Below, piece by piece: positions 29,081 to 38,418 of a DNA stretch of 64,000 nt. Source of the DNA: Planctomycetota bacterium (GTDB lineage Bacteria > Planctomycetota > UBA1135 > UBA2386); NCBI GenBank assembly GCA_947501605.1, contig CANMWZ010000018.1:1-64000 (forward strand), written 5' to 3'. The position numbers were made by a program, and so were the translations under genes. Under the pieces are notes generated by a model. The model searched no databases, was not told the DNA's origin, and saw only the letters and a list, made by a program, of their open reading frames with translations. Position 1 is the first letter of the stretch. Each line of letters begins with the position of its first letter.

Positions 29081-30190
29081 ATGCGTCATCTCACTATCCC
29101 CACGGGGCTCCTTCTCAGTCTTTCCGTTGCCAGCATGTCGGTCTCGGCTGCGGCCCAAGTCTTGGCCAGCGACAGCTTTTCCTATGCCGGGGCGCTGACG
29201 GCCAACGGTTGGGCGGCACACAGCGGTGCTGGCGCGAAGCTGATTCTCTCGAATGGCTCCATCGCGACGTTGAACCAGGGCCCGGGCTCGGGCGAAGACG
29301 TCAACTTGGCGTTCCCCGCGCTGACCGCGACCGACACGGTGTTCGCCTCGTTCACGTTGAATGTGCCGTCGGGCACCCCGGTCACGCCGCCCGCCGCCGG
29401 TCTCTACTTCGCGCACTTCAAGGACACGACGACACTGTTCCGCGCCCGCACCGGCGTCGTGGCGCCAACTGCTGGCGGCAACTTCCGTATCGCGATCCAT
29501 GCCGACAACGCCAACCTCTCGCTCGGCACGTCGTGGCCGACGGAGCAGGTGTTCAATACCGACTACAAGGTCGTCATCAGCTGGAACGCGGCGACCGGTC
29601 AGTCGCAGCTGTGGATCGATCCGACGGCTGTGACGGATCCGTCGATCTCCCACACGGGCACGTTGGTCGGCACGATCATCTCGCAGTTCGCGCTGCGTCA
29701 GGCGAGTGACTACACCGGCTTCCTCACCATCGACGACGTGCTCGTCGGCCGCACGTTCGCCGATGTCTGTGGAACTCCGGGTAGCTACACCACCTTCGGC
29801 GCCGGCTGCGCCAGCTCGGTCGGTGTCGCAACCAACACGGCGAGCCCGGTCCCCGCGATCGGTGTCACCACGGTGGTCACGCTCTCGCCGGTGCCGAACC
29901 CCGGCGTCGGGCTGCTCCTGATCGGCTCGAGCAACACGTTCTCGAACTCGTTCGGCCCGCTGCCGCTCGACCTCACGTTCTTCGGTGCGCCTGGCTGCAG
30001 TGGTCGCGTCAGCGATGACGTCGCGCAGTTCTTCGGCATTGGTGCGGGCAGCATCAGCTTCAACGTCGGCATCCCGAACGACCCGTTCTTCGTCGGCCTC
30101 CAGCTCTACACCCAGGGCCTCGTGTTCGAGAACGTGAACGCGCTCGGCATCGTGTTCTCGGATGCCGCGACGATGGTGATCGGCGGTTGA
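29081..30190 (+). CDS. Secreted beta-sandwich (lectin/LamG-like) protein with conserved C-terminal domain, paralog A
   Basis: Signal peptide ending AAA-Q; CTD FGAGC...GAPGC...IPND...GLQLYTQ...SDA...IGG. Confidence 0.8.
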   Translation: MRHLTIPTGLLLSLSVASMSVSAAAQVLASDSFSYAGALTANGWAAHSGAGAKLILSNGSIATLNQGPGSGEDVNLAFPALTATDTVFASFTLNVPSGTPVTPPAAGLYFAHFKDTTTLFRARTGVVAPTAGGNFRIAIHADNANLSLGTSWPTEQVFNTDYKVVISWNAATGQSQLWIDPTAVTDPSISHTGTLVGTIISQFALRQASDYTGFLTIDDVLVGRTFADVCGTPGSYTTFGAGCASSVGVATNTASPVPAIGVTTVVTLSPVPNPGVGLLLIGSSNTFSNSFGPLPLDLTFFGAPGCSGRVSDDVAQFFGIGAGSISFNVGIPNDPFFVGLQLYTQGLVFENVNALGIVFSDAATMVIGG

Positions 30191-30259
30191 GCCCAAAGCG
30201 GAGAGTTGGCAACGCCTGCGTCCAACGGACGTAGGCGCACAATCGCCATACTGCGGGCC

Positions 30260-30425
30260 GTAGACGTGGTTTCTCAAAGCGTCTGCGGCTGTGGCCGATC
30301 CCGACGGCCGATGGCTGTGTCGCGAACTCGCCGCGGAATCCACGGATCCCGCCACGAGTCCGCTCGTGGTCCTCGACTGTCGTGGCTCGGCCGCGCCCGC
30401 AGGTCCTTTGGGAAACCGCTTCTGG
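30260..30425. repeat. ~166-bp palindromic element, copy 2
   Basis: GGTTTCTCAAAG...CTTTGGGAAACC ends; colinear with copy 1. Confidence 0.75.
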
Positions 30426-30499
30426 CGACTGCGGCCGCGCTAGAACGCCCAGTCAGCGGCCCGATCCCCTATCCTGCGTCGCTACCCAGACGATCCAGA

Positions 30500-31597
30500 A
30501 TGCGCCACTTCGCCACCACATTCCTCAGTGCGGCTCTCGCCCTTTCGACCGCCGCTTCGGCTCAGCAACTGCTGCGCGACGACTTCGCCTACGCCGGCCC
30601 GCTGACCAGCAACGGCTGGTTTGCACACAGCTCGGGCGGCCAGCGTACCATCGTGTCGTTCGGCGACTACGCGATCTTGAGCCAGGGCACGGGCGCCGGC
30701 GAGGACCTCAGCCGCGGGTTCCCGCAGCTTGCGGCGACGGACTCGGTCTACGCCGCGTTTCGACTCAACGTGCCGTCAGGCAACGCGGTCAATCCGGCAT
30801 CCGCCGGGCTCTACTTCATCCACTTCAAGGACGGTACCACGGGCTTCCGTGCGCGCACGGGTGTGCTCGCGCCGGCGTCAGGTGGTGCGTTTCGGTTGGC
30901 GATTCATGCCGACAGTGCCAATCTCGGCCTCGGCGCTGCGTGGCCATCGGATCTTGCGTTCGACACCGACTACCTGGTCGTCATCGGCTTCGATGGCGCG
31001 CTCAATCGAGCGACGCTTTGGGTCGATCCGATCACTGCAGCCTCGCCTTCGATCGGACACACCGGGACGCTGCCGACCCCGTTCGTGACCGCCATCGCGC
31101 TGCGGCAGAGCAGTGAATACACCGGCTCGCTCCGCATCGACAACCTGATCGTCGGGCGCACCTTTGTGGATGTCGCCGGCGCCGGCCGTAGCTACGTGAC
31201 GTTCGGCGCGGGCTGCTCCGGCTCGGTCGGGGTTCCGTCCAACACCGCGAGCCCGCTGCCTCGCCTTGGTCGCACGACGACGATCACCATCGGCAACGTG
31301 ACGGTGCCCGCCATCGCGCTGCTGCTGGTCGGCACCAGCAACACGTTCTCGCCGTCGTTCGGTCCGCTGCCGATCGACCTCACGGCGTTTGGTGCGCCGG
31401 GCTGCTCAGGCCGCGTCAGTGATGACGTAACGCAGTTCTTCGCTCTTGGCTTTGCCGGCGTGCCCTTTGACGTGGCGATTCCCAATGACACCTACTTCAT
31501 GGGGCTGCAGCTCTACACGCAGGCACTGGTGTTCGAGAACGTGAACCCGTTGGGGCTCGTGCTCTCGGACGCTGCGACGTTCGTCATCGGCGGCTGA
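30500..31597 (+). CDS. Secreted beta-sandwich protein with conserved C-terminal domain, paralog B
   Basis: Signal peptide ending ASA-Q; colinear with paralog A over its full length. Confidence 0.8.
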   Translation: MRHFATTFLSAALALSTAASAQQLLRDDFAYAGPLTSNGWFAHSSGGQRTIVSFGDYAILSQGTGAGEDLSRGFPQLAATDSVYAAFRLNVPSGNAVNPASAGLYFIHFKDGTTGFRARTGVLAPASGGAFRLAIHADSANLGLGAAWPSDLAFDTDYLVVIGFDGALNRATLWVDPITAASPSIGHTGTLPTPFVTAIALRQSSEYTGSLRIDNLIVGRTFVDVAGAGRSYVTFGAGCSGSVGVPSNTASPLPRLGRTTTITIGNVTVPAIALLLVGTSNTFSPSFGPLPIDLTAFGAPGCSGRVSDDVTQFFALGFAGVPFDVAIPNDTYFMGLQLYTQALVFENVNPLGLVLSDAATFVIGG

Positions 31598-31732
31598 CCG
31601 GCGCATATCGCCGACGCGCTGCAGGCGAACGCTCGTCCGCTGCAGGTGCGGAACCGCGCCGTCCCGGACCGAGTCGTTCCGGGCAGGGGACGGCGGCGAG
31701 CCCACGCTAGGTGGCGCGGGCTCGCGGGGCCA

Positions 31733-32728
31733 TCAGCCCTTGGTCGAGAACTTCCCCAGCATCTCCTCGGCCTGCTGGGCGGCGTGCGTACCGGCGTACT
31801 TCTTGGTGCTCTTGAACTTCTCTAGTTCTTCGACCAGCTTGCGTCGTTGCGCGACCTTGCCGGCGTCGAACTTGCCGACCACCTTCTCGAGCGCCTTCGA
31901 GGCCGCGATCTCGTCCTTGACGTGCGCGTCCTTGGCAAAGCGTTCGAGCTCTGACTTGGCCGCGTCGGCGGGCGGCAGGCCGGCCCAGTCCTTTTGCAGG
32001 CGCTCCAGCTGATTCAAGGCGGTGTAGAAGTCCGGACCCTTGCCCAGCGTCTGCACGCGAGCCGTCGCGCGCTCCATCCGCTTCTGCAGCTCCGCTTGCT
32101 GGCTTTCGTAGACTGTCCGCAGTTCCGCGTCGACGGTCGGTTGCCCCAGCATCTTGGTGAGGTAGTCACCGAGCTTCTTGAACTCCTTCTTCTGCCAGAG
32201 GCTGCGAATCGCGTCGAAACGCGAATCCACCGGCATCTTGGGCGAGAGCGAGACGTTTGCGAGCTGCTCCTCGATGAATGCCTCCGTCGGCATGCGATCG
32301 TCGGGCACAGTCAGGATCGTGCCATCGGGCGCAATGCAGTAGACGCTGGGGAAGAAACCGATGCGGTACTGCTCGTTGACGCCCTTGGCGCAGACGAACG
32401 GGTACTTGGCACCGAGTTTGGTGATGAAGGTCTCTTCGATCAGGCTTTCGTTCTCATCGGACACGCCGATGAGTAGCAACCCCCGCTCCGCGTACTTCTC
32501 GTGAAGTTCGTTGAGGTGCGGGACGGCTGCCTTACACGGGCCTCACCAGGTCTGGGCGAAGTCGAGGATGACCAGCTTGCCTTCGAACTCGTCGAACTTG
32601 GCGGGGCCGTCGTTCCAGACCTTGGCGATCTCGAAGGCCGGAGCCGGCGAGCCCTTCGCGAGCTGGGCTGGCGCCGCGGCGGCAAACAGCAGCGTTGCGG
32701 CGGTGGCGAAATGGATGTTCTTGTTCAT
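31733..32728 (-). CDS. Secreted TlpA/peroxiredoxin-like thioredoxin-fold selenoprotein (UxxC) with helical C-terminal domain
   Basis: Two in-frame ORFs joined at TGA 32543-32545: GKLVILDFAQTW-U-GPCKAAVPHLNELHEKY; signal peptide, GSPAPAF. Confidence 0.85.
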
Positions 32729-32866
32729 GGTAATGGCGGCCCCGCAGCGGGAGCCGAGCGGCGGAGGATACTCGTTCATCCGTCGATGCCCAAGGTGTCC
32801 CTCTTGCTCGTCGGCAAATGACCCGTCCCAAGTCCGTAGCCTTGCTATGCTCTCCGCCCGCTTCGC

Positions 32867-35800
32867 ATGACCCCAGCCTTCGACCCATTCGAGCGTCAGG
32901 ACCGTTTCCCCATCCTCCGAACGCTGCGCGATCGCGTGCTCGTGTTCGACGGCGGCATGGGGACGATGATTCAGCGCGCCACCCTCACCCTTGACGACTT
33001 CCACGGCAAGGAGGGCTGCAACGAGATCCTCGTCCGCACCCGCCCCGATGTCATCGAGGACATTCACTCGGCCTACTTTGCCGCGGGGGCGGATGTCGTC
33101 GAGACCAACACCTTCGGCGGCATGCCCTACGTGCTGGGCGAGTTCGACATGGCCGACGAGGCCTTCGAACTGAACCGCATCGGCGCCGAAGTCGCGCGCC
33201 GAGCCGCTGACAAGTTCAGCACCAAGGCGAGGCCGCGCTTTGTTGCCGGTTCGATGGGGCCCGGCACGCGCCTCGTGACGCTCGGTCACATCTCGGTCGA
33301 CGAGCTGTACGACGCGTATCGAGTGTTTGCCAAAGGCCTCATCGCTGGCGGCGTCGACTGTCTCAACATCGAGACCTGCCAGGACATCCTCCAGGTCAAG
33401 ATGGCGATCCTGGCGTCGCGCGACGCCATGGCCGAACTCGGCCGCGAGGTGCCGATCTTCTGCACAGTGACCATCGAGACGACCGGAACGATGCTGGTCG
33501 GCAGTGACATCGCTGCCGCGCTGACGACACTGGAGCATCTGCCGGTGGACGTGGTCGGCCTCAACTGCGCCACGGGTCCAGACTTGATGCAGGAGTCGGT
33601 GCGCCACCTCGGCAAGTTGTCGACGCGTTCGGTGATGGTGATGCCCAATGCCGGCTTGCCGCGCAATGTGGGCGGCGTCGCGGTCTATGACCTCACGCCC
33701 GAGGAGCTCGGCGCGTTTCATGCTCGCTTCGTCCGCGAGTTTGGCGTCAGCATCGTCGGCGGCTGCTGCGGCACCACGCCGGAGCACATCGCCGCGGTGC
33801 AGAAGGCGGTTCAGGGACTCGTGCCCTCGGAGCGCCCCCGCGACTACTTGCCGCAGGTCGCGAGCCTGTTTCACTCGGTGCCGTTGACGCAGGACCAGGG
33901 GCCGCTGCTCATCGGCGAGCGCACCAATGCGAACGGCAGCAGGAAGTTCAAGGAGCTGATGCTGGCTCAAGACATCGAGGGCATGCTGCAGATTGCCAAG
34001 GAGCAGTCACACGAAGGCGCGCACGTTCTCGACGTCTGCACTGCCTACGTCGGCCGCAATGAAGTTGCGGACATGACCAACCTGCTCCGGCCGCTGGTCC
34101 AGAAGGTCACCGCGCCGGTGATGATCGACAGCACGCAGCTCGACGTCGTCGAGGCCGCGCTCAAAGTCACGCCCGGTCGCGCGATCATCAACTCGATCAA
34201 CCTCGAAGACGGCGAAGAGCGCGCTGACGCGCTGTGCCGGCTCGCCGTCCGCTACGGCGCGATGTTCGTCGCCCTGACCATCGACGAGGAGGGCATGGCG
34301 AAGACTGCGCAGCGCAAGCTGGAGGTCGCGCAGCGAATTCACGACATCGTCGTCAAGCGGCACGGCATGAAGCCGCAGGACCTGATCTTCGACCCGTTGA
34401 CCTTCACGATCGGGTCCGGCGACGAAGCCTCGCGTGACGCGGGCGTTCAGACACTGCTCGGCATCAAGCTGATCAAGGAACAGATTCCGGGGGTCCGCAC
34501 GATCCTTGGTCTCTCCAACATCAGCTTTGGTCTCGATCCGTATCCGCGGCAGATCCTCAACTCGGTCTACCTCGCCGAAGCGATCCGTCACGGGCTCGAC
34601 GCCGCGATCGTGCACGCGAGCAAGATCGTGCCGATCCACAAGCTCGACGAAGACGACCGCGTGGTCACTCTCGATCTGATCCACGACCGTCGCCGCGAAG
34701 GCTACGACCCGCTGTTCAAGTTCATCGAGCGGTTCTCCGGCCAGAAGCGCATCGAGTTCGGCAAGGGCCAGAACGAGATGGACGTCGCGGTCGAGGAGCG
34801 GCTGAAGCGACGCATCATCGACGGCAATCGCATCGGCATCGAGAAGCACCTCGAAGAGGCGATGACGAAGCACAAGCCCCTGGAGATCATCAACGAGATC
34901 CTGCTCGATGGCATGAAAGTCGTCGGCGACCTGTTCGGCAGCGGTGAGATGCAGTTGCCGTTCGTGTTGCAGAGCGCCGAGGCCATGAAGGCTGCGGTCG
35001 GTTACTTGCAGCAGTTCATGGAGAAGCTCGACGGCGAAGAGAAGGGCACCCTCGTGCTCGCGACCGTGCGCGGCGACGTGCACGACATCGGCAAGAACCT
35101 CGTCGACATCGTCGTCAGCAACAACGGCTACCGCGTCGTGAACCTCGGTATCAAGGTCCCGATCGAGCGGATCCTCGAGGCGGCGCGCACGGAGAAGGCC
35201 AACGCAATCGGCATGAGCGGCCTGTTGGTCAAGTCGACTGTCGTGATGAAGGAGAACCTCGAGCTGATGAGCCAGCGCGGGATCGCGACGCCGGTCATCT
35301 GCGGCGGCGCAGCGCTCAATCGCGCCTACGTCGAACTCGACCTTCGCGCGGCGTACACCACTGGCCCGGTCTATTACGGGCAGGACGCGTTTGCCGGGCT
35401 GCACATCATGGACGAGCTCACGGGCCGTTCGAAGGTGCCGACGCTCACCGAATCCAAGGAGCCGCAGGTACGGGCGACCAATCGCCGCAGAATGACGCGC
35501 GCCGACAAAGAGAAGATGTTGGAGCACGCTTACACCGAGTTCGCCGACAGCGGCGTTCCGCGTGCAGAGCGGGTGCCGACACCGCCGTTCTGGGGGCCGC
35601 AGCTCGTCAGCACCGCGGAGCTCGATCTCGGCACGGTGCTTCAATACGTCAACAAGAAGGCTCTCTTCCGCCTGCAGTGGCAGTATCGCCAGGGCAAGCG
35701 CAGCGAAGAGGACTACAAGAAGTTCGTCGCCGAACACGTCGAGCCGAGATTCCGCGAATGGCAGAAGCGTGTGCGGGAGAACGCCATGCTCGAGCCTCGT

Positions 35801-36382
35801 GTCGTCTACGGCTATTGGCCGTGCTACAGCGAGCGCAACGCGCTCGTGGTGCTCGATCCCAAGGATCACGCCCGCGAACTGTGCCGCTTCGACTTCCCGC
35901 GCCAGCCGGGCGGTCGCCGGCTGTGCATGTCGGACTTCTACCGCCGTCGCGACGACGGTCCGGATGTGGTCGGGTTCTCGCTCGTGACGATGGGTGCGCG
36001 CGCGACCATCGAGAGCGAGCGCTTGTTCAAGGAGAACCGCTACGACGAGTACCTCCACTTCCACGGCCTCGCGGTCGAGGGCGCCGAGGCACTCGCGGAG
36101 TACTGGCACAAGCGCATGCGCCAGCAGTTGTCGATCGCGGCCAATGACGCCCCGGACGTCGACGATCTGTTCAAGCAGCGCTATCAGGGCAGCCGCTACT
36201 CGTTCGGTTACCCGGCCTGCCCGAACCTCGAAGATCAGGACAAGCTACTGCGGCTGCTCGAGGCAACCCGCATCGGTGTGACGTTGAGCGAGGAGTCGCA
36301 GCTGGTGCCCGAGCAGAGCACTTCGGCGGTCATCTGCCACCACCCGGCAGCGAAGTACTTCAACGTCAGCGTCACGACCTGA
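32867..36382 (+). CDS. metH: Cobalamin-dependent methionine synthase
   Basis: DGGMGT, GLNCATGP, GGCCGT, IGERTNANGS, GDVHDIGKN, MSGLL, RYSFGYPACP, PEQSTSA. Confidence 0.97.
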   Translation: MTPAFDPFERQDRFPILRTLRDRVLVFDGGMGTMIQRATLTLDDFHGKEGCNEILVRTRPDVIEDIHSAYFAAGADVVETNTFGGMPYVLGEFDMADEAFELNRIGAEVARRAADKFSTKARPRFVAGSMGPGTRLVTLGHISVDELYDAYRVFAKGLIAGGVDCLNIETCQDILQVKMAILASRDAMAELGREVPIFCTVTIETTGTMLVGSDIAAALTTLEHLPVDVVGLNCATGPDLMQESVRHLGKLSTRSVMVMPNAGLPRNVGGVAVYDLTPEELGAFHARFVREFGVSIVGGCCGTTPEHIAAVQKAVQGLVPSERPRDYLPQVASLFHSVPLTQDQGPLLIGERTNANGSRKFKELMLAQDIEGMLQIAKEQSHEGAHVLDVCTAYVGRNEVADMTNLLRPLVQKVTAPVMIDSTQLDVVEAALKVTPGRAIINSINLEDGEERADALCRLAVRYGAMFVALTIDEEGMAKTAQRKLEVAQRIHDIVVKRHGMKPQDLIFDPLTFTIGSGDEASRDAGVQTLLGIKLIKEQIPGVRTILGLSNISFGLDPYPRQILNSVYLAEAIRHGLDAAIVHASKIVPIHKLDEDDRVVTLDLIHDRRREGYDPLFKFIERFSGQKRIEFGKGQNEMDVAVEERLKRRIIDGNRIGIEKHLEEAMTKHKPLEIINEILLDGMKVVGDLFGSGEMQLPFVLQSAEAMKAAVGYLQQFMEKLDGEEKGTLVLATVRGDVHDIGKNLVDIVVSNNGYRVVNLGIKVPIERILEAARTEKANAIGMSGLLVKSTVVMKENLELMSQRGIATPVICGGAALNRAYVELDLRAAYTTGPVYYGQDAFAGLHIMDELTGRSKVPTLTESKEPQVRATNRRRMTRADKEKMLEHAYTEFADSGVPRAERVPTPPFWGPQLVSTAELDLGTVLQYVNKKALFRLQWQYRQGKRSEEDYKKFVAEHVEPRFREWQKRVRENAMLEPRVVYGYWPCYSERNALVVLDPKDHARELCRFDFPRQPGGRRLCMSDFYRRRDDGPDVVGFSLVTMGARATIESERLFKENRYDEYLHFHGLAVEGAEALAEYWHKRMRQQLSIAANDAPDVDDLFKQRYQGSRYSFGYPACPNLEDQDKLLRLLEATRIGVTLSEESQLVPEQSTSAVICHHPAAKYFNVSVTT

Positions 36383-36413
36383 GTCGTCCGCAGCACGCGC
36401 CGTAGAAATGCAG

Positions 36414-36448
36414 ACGCCGGTGATGCCGACCTGCGGCACCACCGGCGT
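36414..36448. terminator. Hairpin between convergent metH and array gene 1
   Basis: ACGCCGGTG...CACCGGCGT inverted repeat. Confidence 0.6.
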
Positions 36449-36478
36449 TGCTGTTGATCTACTCGCGAGCGCGCGGCG

Positions 36479-38224
36479 TCAGATCCCGATCGTCCAACGA
36501 ACGCCGTTGGAGACGCGGTAGCCAAACGCATTGGCCGTGAGGTCGTCGCTGATCGCTTGCGACATCAGTTGCACGCCGACGAAGGCGGGCGTGTTGGGGA
36601 TCGCGATCAGGTAGGTCGTGGTTGGCGCGCCGAGCGTCAGGTTGAAGTACGAGAGCAGCTCCGGCAGCGCGATGTAGGCCGTGCAGCCAGTGAGGCCGAA
36701 GCCATCGAGCGGGAAGCCGCCGGGGAGTTCGTTGCTGATCAACAAGATGCTGAAGACACCGTTGGGCAGGCTCGCGATGTTGTTGGTATCCAGCGTGTAG
36801 TTGCTGCCGATGGTCGGAACCGAGCCGGTTGGGACCGACAGGGTCAGCGGGAACACCTGGGTGCCCGGTACGGTGAGACCATTGACGGTTGACAGGTCGG
36901 CGGCGCCGGAGTTCTGCACGTTGCCGCCGCGCGAGTATCCCGCCAGGAAGAAGCCGGTGTTCAGCGACACGTTCTGCCAGCGGATCGTGAACTGACCCGT
37001 CGGGCTGAGCGCGATCTGGACGTTGATGGGGGTCGCCGCGCCGTACTCCGGCACGTTGCGCCAGCTGATAACGAATTCGCCAGTGCCGGCGTCGAGCGCG
37101 TGCTCAACCGTGCCGCCAGAGGTCGGATCGAGGTCTTCCCACCAAGCTGCAATGCGAGCCGGTCCGCTGACGAGCACAGCAGGGTCTCCCGTGCAGCACC
37201 CGTCACCCGGATCCGTACCGCCGATGGTCAAGAAGCCGTTCGACGACACATAGATCGAGGTCTCGTTGGCGCCGTTGAACGGGAACGCGAACGGCAAGGG
37301 GACCAAGTGCGAACTGTCATCGAGTGCCAGCAGTGGGGTTCCAGCGCCAGCGAACCACACCGGCGAAAGGCCGGGCAGCGCGATGTAGTCGTTGCCCGAC
37401 GGCAAGAAGCTGAGGTTGAGGCCGCTGAGGTCGGGGGCGTTGTTGGCGCTGAACTGCTCATAGAGCGTGGGCGAAGCCGCAGCCGGGCAGCCAGCGCCGA
37501 CTACGGTCGAGGTGGCGACGTTCGACGTGCACGTGACGTCGGTGACGACGTAGCCAGGGTTGGTCGGCGTGAACAGCCACTTCGAGTTGGCGTAGGGCAG
37601 GAGCTGGCCGGGAGCACGCGTGATCACTTGGGCAAATGCGTTGGTCGCGATGTTCAGCGGGCGCGTGGCGAAGTTGACGGTCGGTGTCGCCACACCAGGA
37701 CTCGCGCCGATGATCGCGGTGTTGGCCTGGAACGTCGACGTCGTGCCCAACGTGCCGTAGGCCACCGTGAAGGTGTTGTTGGCGAAGAGCGAGATCTGCA
37801 TCGTGCCTGGCAACGTCGTGCCGTAGGTGTAGACGCGGATCCACGAAACGCGCGCGACGCCCGGCGTCGAGTTGTCGAAGTAGACCTGGCCGCTGCCCGC
37901 AATCGTGGGGTTGAAGTCGTTCCAGTAGGGGCAGATGCGCGCGCCGCCGGTCGCCATCTCAGCGAGCGTTGGCGAGTAGTCGCCGCCGTTCAGCGTCGAC
38001 ACGTTGGTGGAGCCGAGCACGAGGTAGCCGTTGGCGCACACCGAGATGCTGCTGTGGACAACACCGTTGTAGGTGAACGAGAACCCGAGGGGCAGCGGTG
38101 CCGTGACCTGGTCGTCACCGAGTGCGAGGCTGGGCCCGAAGTTGGTGTCGAAGCACGGACTCTGGGCCAACAGAGATGCAGCAAAGCTGGCTGCGAGAGC
38201 GGACGAGAGAAGGCTGCGGAGCAT
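36479..38224 (-). CDS. Secreted double nidogen(NIDO)-like domain protein with CTD, array gene 1
   Basis: Signal peptide; two DD..LxFxF...SxNGxL...RIxxxWxDxxP repeats; CTD ending ANAFGYRVSNGVRWTIGI. Confidence 0.8.
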   Translation of the reverse strand: MLRSLLSSALAASFAASLLAQSPCFDTNFGPSLALGDDQVTAPLPLGFSFTYNGVVHSSISVCANGYLVLGSTNVSTLNGGDYSPTLAEMATGGARICPYWNDFNPTIAGSGQVYFDNSTPGVARVSWIRVYTYGTTLPGTMQISLFANNTFTVAYGTLGTTSTFQANTAIIGASPGVATPTVNFATRPLNIATNAFAQVITRAPGQLLPYANSKWLFTPTNPGYVVTDVTCTSNVATSTVVGAGCPAAASPTLYEQFSANNAPDLSGLNLSFLPSGNDYIALPGLSPVWFAGAGTPLLALDDSSHLVPLPFAFPFNGANETSIYVSSNGFLTIGGTDPGDGCCTGDPAVLVSGPARIAAWWEDLDPTSGGTVEHALDAGTGEFVISWRNVPEYGAATPINVQIALSPTGQFTIRWQNVSLNTGFFLAGYSRGGNVQNSGAADLSTVNGLTVPGTQVFPLTLSVPTGSVPTIGSNYTLDTNNIASLPNGVFSILLISNELPGGFPLDGFGLTGCTAYIALPELLSYFNLTLGAPTTTYLIAIPNTPAFVGVQLMSQAISDDLTANAFGYRVSNGVRWTIGI

Positions 38225-38356
38225 GGGACTCCTGAGAGGGGTGTATGGCCAGTGGGGGACAATGGGAGCTGGCCGGGGTGGATTGCGACGAACGCTGTCC
38301 CCTTGGGGTTCCATCTTGCCATACCCGCGATCCCGTGCCTGTGGGGTTGCAGCACA

Positions 38357-38403
38357 AATGACGACGCCCGGCCGACCGCGAGGGTCGTCCGGGCGTCGTC
38401 GTT
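38357..38403 (-). terminator. Terminator of array gene 2
   Basis: AATGACGACGCCCGG...CCGGGCGTCGTCGTT hairpin. Confidence 0.7.
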
Positions 38404-38418
38404 CGGGCGCGAGCTAGA

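Noticed and set aside
28844..30425. Integron attC sites flanking gene cassettes
   Set aside because: The ends read GGTT...AACC, the opposite of the RYYYAAC...GTTRRRY arrangement, and no integron integrase is adjacent
31733..32728. Pseudogene with a nonsense mutation
   Set aside because: The stop is TGA exactly at the catalytic Cys position and both flanks are intact; Sec recoding is more parsimonious
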